Origin: Octopus sinensis | Taxonomy: Eukaryota | Assembly: GCF_006345805.1 (NCBI RefSeq) | Contig: NC_043000.1 | Coordinates: 122,512,001-122,576,000 of the forward strand | Direction: 5' to 3' | DNA length: 64,000 bases | Shown: positions 12,958 through 29,085 of the stretch, in pieces | Numbering within the stretch: position 1 is the first letter of the stretch | How the letters are laid out: each line of letters starts with the position of its first letter | Program-made: the position numbers and the translations under genes | The notes under the pieces: model-generated | Told to the model about the DNA's origin: nothing | The model's database searches: none | Seen by the model: only the letters and a program-made list of their open reading frames with translations

Positions 12958-14682
12958 CATATATATATACATATATAGTCACATACAAAACCTAATGAAA
13001 CAGGAAATATATTTCGGAAATAACGGTTGTAAGTCTGCCTCCGAATTTGGCCAAATCTATCTAACCTCAAGTACATCTGCATAGATTAGATTTATCGATA
13101 ACTTCCCAAATCGGACGTCAAAATCTAATCTACAATAGATAGTATCACCCGCACAATTGCTACGGCTTTATAGGAATCGTATGTGAATATGGCAAAGTCG
13201 TAAATGCAGGCATTATACCATGAAAATATATAAGTCATTTGATAACAGCAGGCAGTAAATATGTCAGATTAGATTTGCGGGTGGGCTAAAATATGCTGAG
13301 CTGTATTATCCCTCTCTATCTTCCTCCCTCCCTCCTTTACTCATTCTGTTATTCTCACTTTCACACACACTCACACGCACACACCCTCTCCCCCTCTCTC
13401 TCCGCCTCAATCACTATCTCGCCTTTTTCTTCTGTCTTTACACGTGCATTCACACATGCATTCAATATCATGTAAATATATATAAACAGAGAGGGAGGGC
13501 GAGAGTGAGATTATATATTATCCACATGCAAAGTTATATTACTATATTATGGCTATACTATATTTCATTATGTCTTTTATGTTATACACATGTCGCTTTG
13601 CAGCTTTGTTAATTTCAAATGTCTATTTTCTGTTTACTTGACTTTCTGCTGTTATTGAAGTTATGAGGGACACTGCCTATAAGTTTTCATGGTTATTCGA
13701 GTTGATACTCTCCTTCGAAAATCTATAACTGCAACTATATAAGCAAAATGCACGCATTTCTCTCGCTTTTTCAATGATATCTTTAATCACGTATAGTCAT
13801 CTTACTTCCATTAGTTATACTGGATAAGTCGTAACTTTTGTCTCCCATTTTTATTTAATATTTCCATAAATTTTTAATATTACATTCTTTATACACCTTA
13901 CCAGACTCTTTTTGTGAGGGATCTTCTCATTGTAAACAAATCTATTATAAAATGTATGAATTGATGCGAAACCTTTTTTGTTTGTGTGTAAATGAGGCTA
14001 CTTAAAAGTTTTCCGATATCCTAAGGCAGCTTTTCATGGCGTATAAGTAACCGAGGCCAGAACATTCTACTTGAACAGGACGCCAATCCGTTTCAGAGTT
14101 CAAACCAGCAGTTTTAACGGGAAGAGACAAGTCGTTTACATCGACGCCAATACTGGAATGGTGCTGAATTTTATTGACTCCGAATGGATAAATTGCAAAA
14201 TTAACGTCAACGGGATTTGAACTCAGAAAAATAAACAACCCGAAGAAATGCAGTTAAGCATTTGGTCCAAAGTGCTAACGATTCTGCCAGATTGCTGTCA
14301 AGGTACGTCAATTATCGATACCTAAATATTGAATATCTATCGAGAAATCGGTAGAATTTCAATTCTCATCGTACTACGATAAATCAATACATCGATGTTC
14401 GATTGTCTCGACAATATTGTATATTTACTCTTCATTGTATTGTATAATTGTTGCTCATGAAATGTCATTCCAGAAGAACCTGACAGAATAGACAGAAATG
14501 TATCGTTATATTATTCTTTTATATATTTCAGCCATGAGGCTTTTATTTCTTATTTTATTTACATCACATACGCAAGTATAGCATTCAATTCGAACCTAAC
14601 AAGATTTGATCTTAAAATGTCCAAGTGAAATAACGCAGAAACACTTTCCCACCGCTTAATAATTCCTGCAAACTCACCTCAC

Positions 14683-14819
14683 TTATATAGTGCTGTTGTA
14701 ATCAGTGTACATTCCATGTCTACGGTATATTTCGAAGTTGTATATTTGAATTGTTCTGTAAGTGACAATGCCAATTGGTTCATTTGGATTATATCATGCC
14801 AAACTTCAGTTAACCAACG
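14683..14819 (-). CDS. Predicted host gene exon RWLTEVWHDIIQMNQLALSLTEQFKYTTSKYTVDMECTLITTALY(K)
   Basis: Strong acceptor ttttcttcattcgcag; only one open frame; donor AA|gtgagg in phase 2, compatible with the 9814 exon. Intervening exons are possible. Confidence 0.5.
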
Positions 14820-15807
14820 CTGCGAATGAAGAAAATATATTTAAAATTATTCTGACAAAACATTATTACATTTCGCCATTTTCGACTGAAGTATAAATTG
14901 AATAGGTCGCTGGGAATAACAGAATGAAGATTAAACTATTGATTTATCAACTAAATAATCTTCGGTGATTTGATTACAGTCACAATTTCTCAATATAATA
15001 TGAATGTAGTTCTCCAATCCCATTTCGCGACATCAAGAGAGGCAGCAGCACTACCACCATCATTATTAACACCCAAAACAACTACAAGCACAAGAAAATG
15101 TTATAATATTGCCACCAACCTCAAACATATTCTTCATTTCTTTCCTACGCAATTCTATATTTGTCGTATCTATTGAAACAATATCCAATATCTACAACGC
15201 CACTTGATCTATGCGGTTAATTACTTTCAGAAAGTTGTTCGTATTAGCACATTGCTGTCAATGTAGTTTGCCAGATATTCCGAACTTTTGGAGAGTGGTA
15301 CAATCCAAAGTATATTACTTGCAATGTATGCTGTCATCTTCTATATATTATCACATCTTAGATATATAGCTTGCCGGATATCCCGTTGACTGTTGAGTAT
15401 TACGACATTCCCAGTTGTATAAAGATTACTGAACTTAATGAAATACAGTGCATTTAATTAGCACTAAGAATATTAACAACAAGGCGTTCAGAATTGTATA
15501 TCAACATTGATGTAATTGTGCTGATGGAGTTTTCTAATATTAAATGCTAGTCGACAGCTATGTTTTGCCATTAGTAATTCCAACTTAACGGTTAATATTT
15601 CAATGGTTCTCGTCTTCAAGTTACTTAATACACATTATCTCATTTTCCTAACTTCCAGGTATGTGTATTTCACTGTTAATATTGAGGGAATGCACTATTC
15701 TAGTCAATATTTTCATTAAATTTTTATATTGACTTCGAATGTGCCCCCGTAAATTTAACTTAGAGATGGAGTGCAAATTTTGACAACACCCCAGAGATAC
15801 AACATAC

Positions 15808-15860
15808 TTCAATGAATTGCTGGAAAGAATTGCGTGATTTCGAGTTGCGAAGTGCCATGT
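15808..15860 (-). CDS. Predicted host gene exon MALRNSKSRNSFQQFIE (possible start, or internal phase-1 exon)
   Basis: Acceptor acattcttttag, donor gtatgt, ends in phase 0, matching the next exon. Confidence 0.5.
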
Positions 15861-16129
15861 CTAAAAGAATGTATTGCAAATTTAATGATAGTAACGTTGG
15901 GTTCTGTAATTCTATTCTAGCAGTAGAGTTATGGCAACTACAATAAAGGACAATCATACTGGCAAAAGCTAGGTCTTCGCTTTCAAACCAGAACATGAAA
16001 AGTGTGAGACACAAAATCATTAATTATTAATGAGAGATACATACATTCTGGAAGTGGCATCGGTCGAGAAGGAATCGAAGACGTATCTTGAAAGCGCATA
16101 AGCATTTTACTAATACAGTACATCCGGGT

Positions 16130-16470
16130 TCAGTCCCACTGCGTGGCACCTTCGGCAAGTATCTTCTACTATAGCCTCGAGCCGACCAAAACCTTGTGAG
16201 TGGATTTGGTAGACGGAAACTGAAAGAAGCCCGTCGTACATATGTATATATGTGTGTATATGTTTGTGAGTCCGTGTTTGTCACCCCAACATCGCTTGAC
16301 AACCGATACTGGTGTGTTTATGTCCCCGTAACTTAGCGGTTCGGCAAAAGAGAACGATAGAATAAGTACTAGGCTTCCAAAGAATAAGTCCTGGGGTAGA
16401 TTTGCTCGACTAAAGGTGGTGCTCCAGCATGGCCACAGTCAAATGACTGAAACAAGTAAAGAGTAAAAGC
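16130..16470 (+). mobile_element. SINE family B, 5'-truncated
   Basis: Same core and tail as 9092-9520. Confidence 0.9.
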
Positions 16471-16753
16471 AGAAAGAAATTTCCTGACTCAGCATTCATC
16501 TAGAACATTTTTAACAATATAAAAGCTTGTAATTTGTTGCTGAATTGAAATGCCTTACTAATTCATTTACTGGTTATTTTGGAACGTGACATCATAGTGT
16601 TCTAAAATTTTAAACACTTCAACGCTAAACTCGTGGTCTTCAACGTTAATGCCACAAAAGAAATTTATTCTCTCGGAGCAACTAATGACTTTACCGGAGA
16701 GAGAAAGAGAGAGAGAGAGAGATATGTAGGCAGGTATGTAGTTAGGTATGCAA

Positions 16754-16853
<100 letters not shown>

Positions 16854-16994
16854 AGACACGGAGAGAAATACGTACTTAAATAAATACATGAATACATATA
16901 TACATACACACATAAATACATACATACATATATACATACACACATAAATACATACATAAATACATAAATACATGCATGCATGCATAAGCATAGC

Positions 16995-18260
16995 AGGTTG
17001 TTAAGGCCCTACTGACACCCTAAAACTGCAGAAAGATCTGAATGCAATATGCAAAAGTGTAAATGAATATAACATGGAGTTCAATGCTGTAAATGTCGAA
17101 TAGATTGTAGTCAGAATATACTTGGAGTGCCTAGTGGATCTCATAGTGAGAATCTGAGTGATAGAGAGAATCCACATGAGTACTCTTATAATATTCCGTC
17201 TGCCTATTAGTAAGCTTGTGATACTGTGTAGTCGAGTGGCTGGCAGGATTCGGAGGTTATTGAGAACAAGGAAAAAAGATACCATGCTTCTCCTGTCGAA
17301 AACATTTGTTCTCAATCGTCTAGATCACAGCTCTCGGGTGAGTTCGCCTGAATGCGTCAATCTAACATTGCGATTCGAGGCAAACCAACTCTATTCACAA
17401 AGACGACTGAGACAGATGAGGCTTTGGTAGAGGCCAAAAACTTGTGACTCTACTCACTAACGAAAACACGCTCAAGCTATACTGTGATATTTATGGAAGA
17501 TTCTGCACAGGCGCAGGAGTGGCTGTGTGGTAAGTAGCTTGCTTACCAACCACGTGGTTCCGGGTTCATTCCCACTGCGTGGCACCTTCGGTGAGTGTCT
17601 TCTACTATAGCCTCGGGCCGTCCAAAGCTTTGTGAGTGGATTTGCTAGACGGAAACTGAAAGAAGCCCGTCGTATATATGTATGGGTGTATATGTTTGTG
17701 TGTCTGTTTTTGTCCCCCTTGACAACCAATGGTGGTGTGTTTACATCCCCATAACTTAGTTTTTCGGCAAAAGAGACCGATAGAACAAGTACTAAGCTTA
17801 CAAGGAATAAGTCCTGGGGTCGATTTGCTCGACTAAAGGCAGTAATCCAGCATGGATTAAGTAAAAGAGTAAAAGAGTAAAGCTTCAATCTCAACTTTGA
17901 AAGTTATACCAATCACCGAACTGGGAGCCACTGCAGAGTAACAACGATTCTGTCCTTCCCATCGTGTGTAACACCATAGATTTCAAGGAGCCACAATCTT
18001 TCAACTCTTTGCAAATTCACTGGAGATATGTTCCAGTGGTAGATGCGTTTGTTTTGTAAGAATATTTGGATAAATTTTTAACTGAAATACCAGATAAACA
18101 CACATTGCGGCTGGAAACAAAGAAGAGCAGCTTTGTCCAACTTGCAACTTCACTAGATACAATTTTTGAGAGAGACCTGGGAAAAGAATTTCAGATAAAA
18201 ACTAGACATGCGAAAGGCAGTGCCCCAGCATGACCTCAACCTCTGACTGAACCCAGTAAA
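16995..18260 (+). mobile_element. CR1/L2-type LINE relic (RT C-terminus to tail), interrupted by SINE B at 17511-17880
   Basis: RTRKKDTMLLLSKTFVLNRLDHS..LYSL.. before the SINE; degenerate FKEPQSFN..LDKFLTEIPD after it; tail GGCAGTGCCCCAGCATGACC..TGACTGAAAC. Confidence 0.75.
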
Positions 18261-18340
18261 TATAGTAGTACATTTATAAGTATGTGTATGTAAGTATATA
18301 TATATATATAATATATATATATAATATATATATATATTAA

Positions 18341-18592
18341 GTTATATAATTAGGGTTCAGTAAAAATAATTCACACACCGAACTTTTAGAAATAGCAGCA
18401 AAAAAATTAAGCTATTTCCTCTACTTTAAGAAAAGTCTCCCAGACAATGTATACTCAAAAATATTTTTGAGTATACATTGTCTGGGAGACTTTTCTTATA
18501 GTAGAGGAAATAGCTTAATTTTGTTGCTGCTATTTCTAAAAGTTCGGTGTGTGGTAAAGTAATTTTTTTTTACTGAACCCTAATTATATAAC
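18341..18592. repeat. About 250-bp loop-less palindrome (foldback)
   Basis: Centre GTATACTCAAAAAT|ATTTTTGAGTATAC at 18462/18463; arms match out to GTTATATAATTAGGGTTCAGTAAAAA with a few indels. Confidence 0.95.
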
Positions 18593-19864
18593 GTAATGTT
18601 TTAAATGTACCGTAAATGGTCTTTTTACATACTGAACACTACTTGGTAAAATTATTAATTAATAATTAATTAATTTTGCCCTTTTATTATTGACATTGTA
18701 ATATATATATCGTTAAAGTGTTGTATGTTTCAATATTTTTTTTTTATTCCAATAACCGGTTCTTTGGTCAAGCTATCATATCTCCAGCTGCTTCAGATGC
18801 CAAGATATCAAAAATTGCCAAAGTGTAGTACAACGGTTTTGCTATGGAATGGTAGAACTGTTTTTTCGTTTTCTGAAAAAACAGCGTTTTTGACTTACAA
18901 CAGTTTTGCATAATACCAACGATATATATCATCCAATAAACAAGCAGACATTTTTTTCGTATCTACTGTCTCTTATATACTTCGTCTTATATAATCTTAT
19001 CAGCTGATAAATCAACCTAACAAACTGAAACTAAATTTCCCTTCAATCACAACTTAACTTCTAAAAAATTATATTGGTTAGTGTAGCATACAAAATAGAA
19101 TAGTCAGGACTACAATGTTTTATCACGAATTTACTCAATCAAGGATGACCTGATACTAAAGGTCAGCAAGAATACTTTAGAATCGGGGTGTCAGGCTATA
19201 CGTCAATTACATTTCCTAAACAAATCTGAATGAGCCTATAGGTACACAGACACTCCGAATAAAACCAAAATTCGTGTGTATCCTTTAAAAGTTAAAATGA
19301 TCGCATTACTTTTCTTATTTTAACTATGAATGTGATTATATGAATTAGCATTATTCAATAATCGCTTTAAATGTACTAAATCACGTACAACAATAAAAAT
19401 TTTTATCAGAAGTAAACGATATTGATGTACAAATCACTAAACCAATACGACGTAGCAACTCCAGCTCTCTAAATTTGAAGTCTTACTCTAAAAGGTTAAG
19501 ATTCCCAATATCTGCGACCTGCGAGCGGGAATTAGAGTCCACACAATATTTATGTGTGATGTATTGGGCTCGATGCTAAATAGGTGCTAAATATTATGTC
19601 AGTGTGACTTTTAGGACTTAATGACCTACAGTAAATCATTTATACAATAGATTCTAAAACAAATACAAATCCGTAACATACATTATTGGGTAGAGAAATG
19701 TGAAATTTGCTGAAAATAAAAATGAAGTGGCCTTCCAGAAGAAACAACGCATTAAATGGTAACAACTACAAGATCTACATGTACATGGCCAAACTAAAGT
19801 TTGAGTCCATCACACGTAACTGTAATTTTAAAGAAAAAAGCCGTTTGTATGAATCAAACACATG

Positions 19865-19937
19865 GAAGTTCATAGCCTCGGGCCGACCAAAGCCTTGTGT
19901 GTGGATTTGGTAAACGGAAACTGAAAGAAGCCCGTCG

Positions 19938-20008
<71 letters not shown>

Positions 20009-20130
20009 GTGTATGTATGTGTGTGTGTATGTTTGTGTGTCTGTATTTGTCCCCCAACATCGCTTGACAACCGATGGTAGTGTGTTTATGTCTCCGTAAC
20101 TTAGCGGTTCGGCAAAAGAAATCAATGAGT
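19865..20130 (+). mobile_element. SINE family B fragment
   Basis: Core, microsatellite and part of the tail. Confidence 0.85.
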
Positions 20131-21283
20131 ACTAGGGAAAGGGCAAACGCATGGAAGAACTCTGCTTATAACATTAGTGCTAACGTGCCAAAATTTATCG
20201 CCTATTTATCTAAAAGAATTGATTAGTGTATTTGTGCCTTATTGCAGGCCAATGAGATATAATTCCATACAATAAAGTATTCGAGAGAACTCTCACAGCA
20301 TCACAGTATAAAAGTGAAGGTGAAGTATAAGGTGAAGTATATGAAGATGTCATTTTTTTTTTGTTTAGTGGGGAAATGGAAAAATAAGAGTGAATATATA
20401 TTTTATGAGTGCTGTGTATCAAGTCTATAAAATTGCGCATAAAGTATATAAAGCATATATAAATTGCATTAAGTAATCATCGTATTCCATTTTCCTTCAC
20501 TTTTCAATGAATATCAGGAGCGACTATCTTTTGATACAGACACAGCAGAGGCTACGTTTTCAGGCTTCTGAGATAAAGTTTTCAGGAATAACCCAATAGG
20601 TTTACTGTTAATTCCGTGAAATATTCAGGAGTCCCGCTAGTCAATCATCAATTTTATTTCGTTTAGAGGGGAATTTATTCTCAAAGTTGATATCATTGTA
20701 TCTCTCTATGTTAGCTTTCTTATATTTCGTGGAAATGGTGTCAGTCAGGAACATATCAAATAGATCGTTAGTGACTTCGTACAGGTTATTAATCGTATCG
20801 GAAATACGAATTTATTTTTAGAGTTTATAAAGTTTGTAATATATACTTCTTTAAAAAATCCATTTAAAATAACATTCAGATCATTTAAGGTGTGATATAG
20901 CAAGAAATATAACACGTTCTAGTATACATTATACTCGTGCTGTACTACTTCCTACCTCTGTTTTCCAGGGTCAAGTTTCCAAGTACCCGAGGGCGACAAA
21001 ATAAGCACACTTCATGTGCTGTGGTCGATGTAATTGACTAATGATCTCTCCTATAGATTATGCCAATTTGCAAAATCAGTATAATTTTTATTATCTGTTT
21101 GGGTCGATTTGGGCTTTCATCATTCCATGTTCCATAACATGAAGTGCCATTCAATTGCTGGGGTCGATTTAATCGAAAATGCACTGACTCTAAATTTGTG
21201 GTTTGCGGCTGTGCTTAAACCATTATTTTTAGTATTGACGGTTGGCTATTTCATGCAGCAGCAGCAGCAGCAGCAGTAGTAGC

Positions 21284-21329
<46 letters not shown>

Positions 21330-21530
21330 AAGTTATTGATATTGATATACATTCTGCTCTTTGCTGTCAATGTAGTTTTCTTTCAAAATGTGTATAGTGT
21401 ATATGTCAGGATTTAAATCACACCGTTCGATATATACACGTGTGTTTATATAGATTTGTTATGTGCATGTATATAAATGTGTGCATATCATTGTGAGTAT
21501 GTGTATGTACACACACACACGCACACACAA

Positions 21531-21570
<40 letters not shown>

Positions 21571-21978
21571 CTTTTTACATACTGGAGTAGTGTATTTGTA
21601 TTATTGAATTTCATCTAAATATGCAAGTGTGTCTGTGTATGCATGTTTGTGTATATGAATATATGTAATTAGATATTTATCAAAAACCTGTATATAATGA
21701 ATAATACTCGTATCATGTGTACATGTGTGTGTGTGTGTGTGTGTCCATATTTACAATAACTTTTAATAAAACTGGATATTCATGATCAATTTTATACTGC
21801 CGAAGAAACGTAGTTAAGTCTTTACTGAGTTGATTGAAAATGAATTGAGAATTCCTATATCAGAACATTTTATACTGCAATATCCATTGTCTATAACAGC
21901 CCGATTTATAAGTATTATTCAACAATAATAAATCAGAAGTAGTAGTTCCAAGTGGAATTTCAATCTTGATATAACCTG

Positions 21979-23194
<1,216 letters not shown>

Positions 23195-23954
23195 TCAATC
23201 TTGATATAACCTGGATGTTGTCGAATTTATTGTAGTACTTCAATGTAGTTTTTTCTTGGATGTTGGCGACAAACCATAAAAAAGAACAGTCACTGAAAGC
23301 TCCCTTGACGTTCCCCTCCCCACCTCAGGTAACTCAGGCTTGTCATCTGGCGAAAGATGACGGGTCGTACTTTAAATCTCATAAAATGATTAATGAAAAG
23401 AAAATAATATAACAGAATATAATTGAGAAAGATTCTTTTGAGCAACGGCACTGTAACACCATTACCAGCAGGAATAATAGCGCCATGTGTACTATCATCA
23501 TTACCGTCCACACGTCCACTACCGCCATCACAGACACCACCACATTGACACTCACAATAACGACCGAGTTCATGTCTATTAATAGCCAGAACACCCCACA
23601 CACACTAATCGATCTAGAAAAGAAATCATTTACTACTCGGCGATAGACACAACTAACACAAATAACTAAGGAGTCACATGCTTCAACATACAAATATATT
23701 ACACAGTAACTACATCACATGATCAAATTTCAAACACGTGGTCTGTTACTCTTTTACACGTTTCATGTATTTGACTGCGGCCATACTGGAGCACCGCTTT
23801 TAATCGAAGAAATCGACCCAAGACTTATTCTTTGTGAGCCTGGTACATATACTTAGTCTATCGATCTTTTTTGTCGAACCGCTAAGTTTCGGGGAACCTA
23901 AACTCACCAAAATATGTTATAATGGCAGGGGTGGAGAAAAAAAGAAAACACAAA

Positions 23955-24006
<52 letters not shown>

Positions 24007-24011
24007 ATTAT

Positions 24012-24506
24012 ATACAAAATAAGGAAATGGAGAAATACATCTTAATCAATAATCAACAACCCAGATAATGCCCAATCACATAATTTATTAAACCACTACA
24101 TATGAACATTAATGTCAAACATATAATAATATATATTTTCATATATAATTTAGTTTGTTCTTCATAATCTCTGAAGAGGCCTTGGGATATTTTTGTAAGT
24201 GTCTCATTTATAACTACATATTAACCTATCACACATGGCTAATATGAGCACAATGAGGCACCCTTATCTGCATGGCTGAAACAGCTGTAAGATGTAGTAT
24301 ATATTTATATTTGTATTTATTTATATTCACTTATACATATTGTACTTATTGTATCTTATTACTCATTGATGTACATTGTTTTGTTCTATATTATTATGTT
24401 TGACCTTAATGTTCATATGTAGTGGTGTAATAAATTATGTGATTGGGAATTATCTGGTAGTTGATTATTGATTAAGATGTATTTCTCCATTTCCTTATTT
24501 TGTATT
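24012..24506. mobile_element. Penelope-type pLTR remnant with about 120-bp inverted arms
   Basis: 24012-24133 is the reverse complement of 24388-24506; a hammerhead motif lies between the arms. Confidence 0.65.
24167..24293 (+). ncRNA. Minimal type-I hammerhead ribozyme motif
   Basis: ATCT-CTGAAGA-GGCC..(about 92-nt loop)..GGCT-GAAAC-AGCT-GTA-AGAT: conserved core, 4-bp stem I, palindromic stem III. Confidence 0.6.
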
Positions 24507-24652
24507 ATTAATTTGTGGTAAAACATTTTACCTTTGCCCATATAATACAGTGAATGAATTAATTGCATCGCAATTCTTAACATTTATGTATTAGCTTATA
24601 TTGGATAGATGTTATCCCATGGTGGGTTGCACTCACAACCCCTATCTCAATT

Positions 24653-24685
<33 letters not shown>

Positions 24686-24713
24686 GCAAAGACACAAAGA
24701 CACACACACTTAA

Positions 24714-24893
<180 letters not shown>

Positions 24894-25798
24894 TATATAT
24901 ATATGCATATATATTTATGTGTGTGTGTCTTTGTGTCTTTGTTTGTCCACTCCTGCCATTATAACACCGAAAATTAGCGGTTCGACAAAAAAGATCGATA
25001 AACTAAGTATATGTACCAATTATTTCTAGTGGTAGTAATAGTACAGAGCAATGCGCGGTAAGAGCGCGTCGCTGCATCTAGCCCTTTTAGTAATTCCCTA
25101 TTCTTGGCAGAATACATACGTTGAGCATATGTAGTGTGTGATTTTAAGCAACTGTGTAAATGTATGTGTGGTTATAAGAATGGCTGTATTTCAGTTTCTG
25201 TGTGTGTGTGTATGTGTGTGTATGTGTGGTGTGTGTGTTTGCGTGTGTGTGTGTGTGTCGGTGCATCTGGGAGTGTACAGAGCAGTATTGAAGATGTTTA
25301 AAATGTCATTCAACTTAGGTAAACATGGTATATTGTAACATTTTCTGGGAGTTAGAGACGCTCAAAGTGACCAAGTCACCGTAAACAAGTATTCTGGTTA
25401 ACACAGACATTCAATTAACGAGATTCAGATGACATTTATGATGAATTACAGAAATCAAGCACTGCATGAAATGCAAAACAATTGATAACGCAATTTCACA
25501 TAATGAGACCAAATTAAAACAAAGACTACGATAGAAATGTATTCGTTACATATTATTGTCACCGTTTTCTTCTACACTAATTCGATGTCATGACCACTCT
25601 TTTAACTTCAGAGATCTTTTGCTGTATACGTACTGGCGTAGTTTCTTATCGGAGAAATAATTCTCAATTAAATCTGATTCATACAGACATCAACATTTTC
25701 CTTAAACTTGCATCTGTGTTACGAAATTTAAAAATTAATTCTGGGAATTATCATAATGTCTGTAAACGGTTTTGGTTGAATCTCCTGATATCTAGCAA

Positions 25799-26023
25799 CT
25801 TATTTATTTATTGCCCACAGTGAGTTAAACATAGAGAGGCAGACAAAGCGATTAAGTCGATTATATCGACCCCAGTACGTAACTAGTACTTATTTAATCG
25901 ACCCCGAAAGGATGAAAGGCAAAATCGACCTCGGCGGAATTTGAACTCAGAACGTAGCGGCAGACGAAATACGGCTACGCATTTCACCCGGCGTGCTAAC
26001 GTTTCTGCCAGCTCACCGCCTTC
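25799..26023 (-). mobile_element. SINE family A, full length, 19-bp TSD
   Basis: TSD ATCTCCTGATATCTAGCAA at 25780-25798 and 26024-26042; tRNA-like head GGCGGTGAGCTGGCAGAAACGTTAGC..GTTCAAATTCC. Confidence 0.9.
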
Positions 26024-26080
26024 ATCTCCTGATATCTAGCAATTGCGTTCTCAGTCACCACAAGGTTGAAATATTGAGTA

Positions 26081-26300
26081 TACACGGTGTCCCAAAAATA
26101 TATACACACTTTGAAGCGTTTTTTGTTAAGTAAACAATTCATGTTCAAAACGTAATGGAATCTACACAGAAAAGAATATAATTGTTTTATGAACGCCTGT
26201 TTTCAGACTGATAAAACTTCTGGTCCGGACTCTGCTGCTAATGCAAAGCAATGGAAACACAAACATCAAGGAACATGTTGTACAATATTTGCATGCATTT
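26081..26300 (+). mobile_element. Possible left end of a Tc1/mariner element
   Basis: TA followed by CACGGTGTCCCAAAAA, a typical TIR start; no matching right end found. Confidence 0.35.
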
Positions 26301-27768
26301 TTTACCATAAATTCGTCGACTGTCGCGAATTTTGTATCATAAACTTTGATTTTTACGTATCCCTATATAATAAAAAAATTCGAGCAGTATGAGATACGGT
26401 GAACGCGGAGGATATTGTATGGAACGTCTTTGCTCGATCCACTAATTTACCAAAATCACATCAACGCTAGTCTTTATTTATTATGGTAGTATGGAATCAT
26501 CCCCTCTTGCTTGAAATAAACTCCACATTTGCAAACTTTTCTTTCATGCTTCACAGGACATATTATTCCAACAAGTTAAATTCAATCGGTTACAAAACTG
26601 TCAAAAAAGAATAGACCAATTAATCATGGTTATTATAAGGCACGCAATACTGTAGCTCCTTGTAAATTAGCATAATGCTCTTCTATGATATGCGGATCCT
26701 CATACCATCAATAGGTGCAATTTTGTTACTTTGATTTCATCCTGGACTAACTTTAGTAGGGAAACAAATATTCAGAGAAAAGCTCCAGTGATAATAATCA
26801 CGAAAAACTAGATCTATTAAACACTCGAATACATTCTCAAAGCAGGAAAGCCATGCAAAATAATATTCCGATGTTTATTTATAAACTTACTATACATACC
26901 TGTAAAAGGAAAGTTTTGTTCGATCAGATGAAGATTTGATAATCCCAAGTTTTCTAAAATATAAAAGAAATCAATTTATTTTCAAGTCATTTCTTTTAAA
27001 GATGTTTTTGTGTACAACATTCACTGCACCATCTTCAAATCTGCAACCGTTTTATTTATATTTTTTATTTGCAATTAATTAATTCATTTATGTATTTATT
27101 TATTTTCGGTGTCTGTTTTTGTGTTTGGAAGACCAAATGTCAATTTGCATAGAAAACAGAAATCAATGGCGCGAATCTATTCAAATTCAAAACAAAACAG
27201 AAGAAGCATTCTCATGCATCATGATGAGCTAAAATATCGACATAACTTCTACCATTAAATCTGAAAAGGCCATTTTAGTTTTTAATATCGTCATTAACCT
27301 GGAATTTTACCCCAGTGTTTAGCATATTTTAATAGTTGAGTGCACAAAACAGCTAAACCTATATTCCGAAACCTTGAAAACATGATGAATAAAGCTACAC
27401 AAACATAGTCATGATACATTTAAGTTATATTTCGACGTCGTAAAAAAGCATTACAGAGAACTGTATGCATACAGCTTAATATTTCCATACAGAATTCATG
27501 AATATATATCATAGCCTGTAATATAGGAAGCTTCAGGTAAAAATTGATAAATTGTTTTATCTGCAACATGAAAGCGATAAAATAACATTGTTCTACTGTT
27601 TCATTAATCTTTGTCATTTTGTTCTGGATACAATTTTGGTTGATTGATGGTTGGTTTCATTTCGAAAATTCATTCACTGAAGTCAGTTACTAAATGTTAG
27701 GGGAAAAAAAAGATAGATAGGCAGACAGACAGAGTGACGGACAAACACATAGATACATAGGTAGATAG

Positions 27769-27843
<75 letters not shown>

Positions 27844-28003
27844 CAGATAGATAGATGCATACAAACAAACATACATACATACATACATACATACATACAT
27901 AGACAAGTAGACAGACAGCTAGCTAGCGAGTTAGATAAATATATACAGACAGACGTTGAAAGGTAGGCACGTAAATAAGGAGACAGAAAGGCAAACAGCC
28001 AGC

Positions 28004-28048
<45 letters not shown>

Positions 28049-28681
28049 CAATAGACCGACCGACACACAGACAGATAGATATATAGATAGAGAGAGAGGC
28101 AGACAGACAGAGAGAAGGCTACATACATACAACGACTCCAACTTGTGTAATCTTTGCAATTAATTATCTCACTTATCTATAATACCTATATTATTGTGCA
28201 CCAGTCTACTATTCATTTTCCGATATGCTGCTAAGTGCTCAGTATTATAGTCTCTCAGTTTAGTAATTGGGAAATGTGTATCAATGCTTCTATAAAAAAT
28301 GTTTTTCCCGTATTATATATTCAGTGATACTGTAAAGTAGGGCGCGCTTTTGATTTAATCATATGCTGCGCACATCTAGAGTGAATAACTGTTTCATATT
28401 GTAACTATCTTTAACTCAGCAGCGGCTGACGAGGTTGCTCTGGAGTAACTAGACTTACATGTTCCATGCTTACTGGAGCAGTGTATTAGCTTTCTGTCCT
28501 TGTTTGTTTAATTCACATAGATGCATGCACGGCTACTTGATTAAGCATCTCGCTTGCAACTGCGTGTTTTCAATTTCGATCCCACAGCGCTTCATAATGG
28601 ATAAGCGTCTTTCACCAAAGTCTCAGGCTGAACAATCCTTTATAGAGGAACATGGCAGACGTCAAGCTTGTGGAAGCCCGT

Positions 28682-28716
<35 letters not shown>

Positions 28717-28738
28717 ATATATATATAATAATATATAT

Positions 28739-28780
<42 letters not shown>

Positions 28781-28786
28781 GATATA

Positions 28787-28855
<69 letters not shown>

Positions 28856-28879
28856 AGATAGATAGATAGATAGATCGTT

Positions 28880-29041
28880 AGCTACTACACACATTTTTTC
28901 TCTTCTTGTTTCTTTCTTTCTGTGTTCCTTTCAGTAGAAGAGCGTAGGTCGAAACGTAATAGACTTTTTTCAATTCCTGAGCGTTATACTAATACATCTG
29001 TTTGTTTTGTACACCACCTGTCTTCGTTTGTTTTTGCCGTG

Positions 29042-29045
<4 letters not shown>
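28880..29045 (+). mobile_element. Short repeat resembling a Penelope pLTR fragment
   Basis: GAAGAGCGTAGGTCGAAACGTA resembles the stem II/GAAAC half of a hammerhead; the CUGA core is not intact. Confidence 0.35.

Positions 29046-29083
<38 letters not shown>

Positions 29084-29085
<2 letters not shown>

Noticed and set aside
25960-26023. tRNA-like sequences at SINE heads
   Set aside because: Only A/B boxes are retained, with no complete cloverleaf; they are parts of SINEs.
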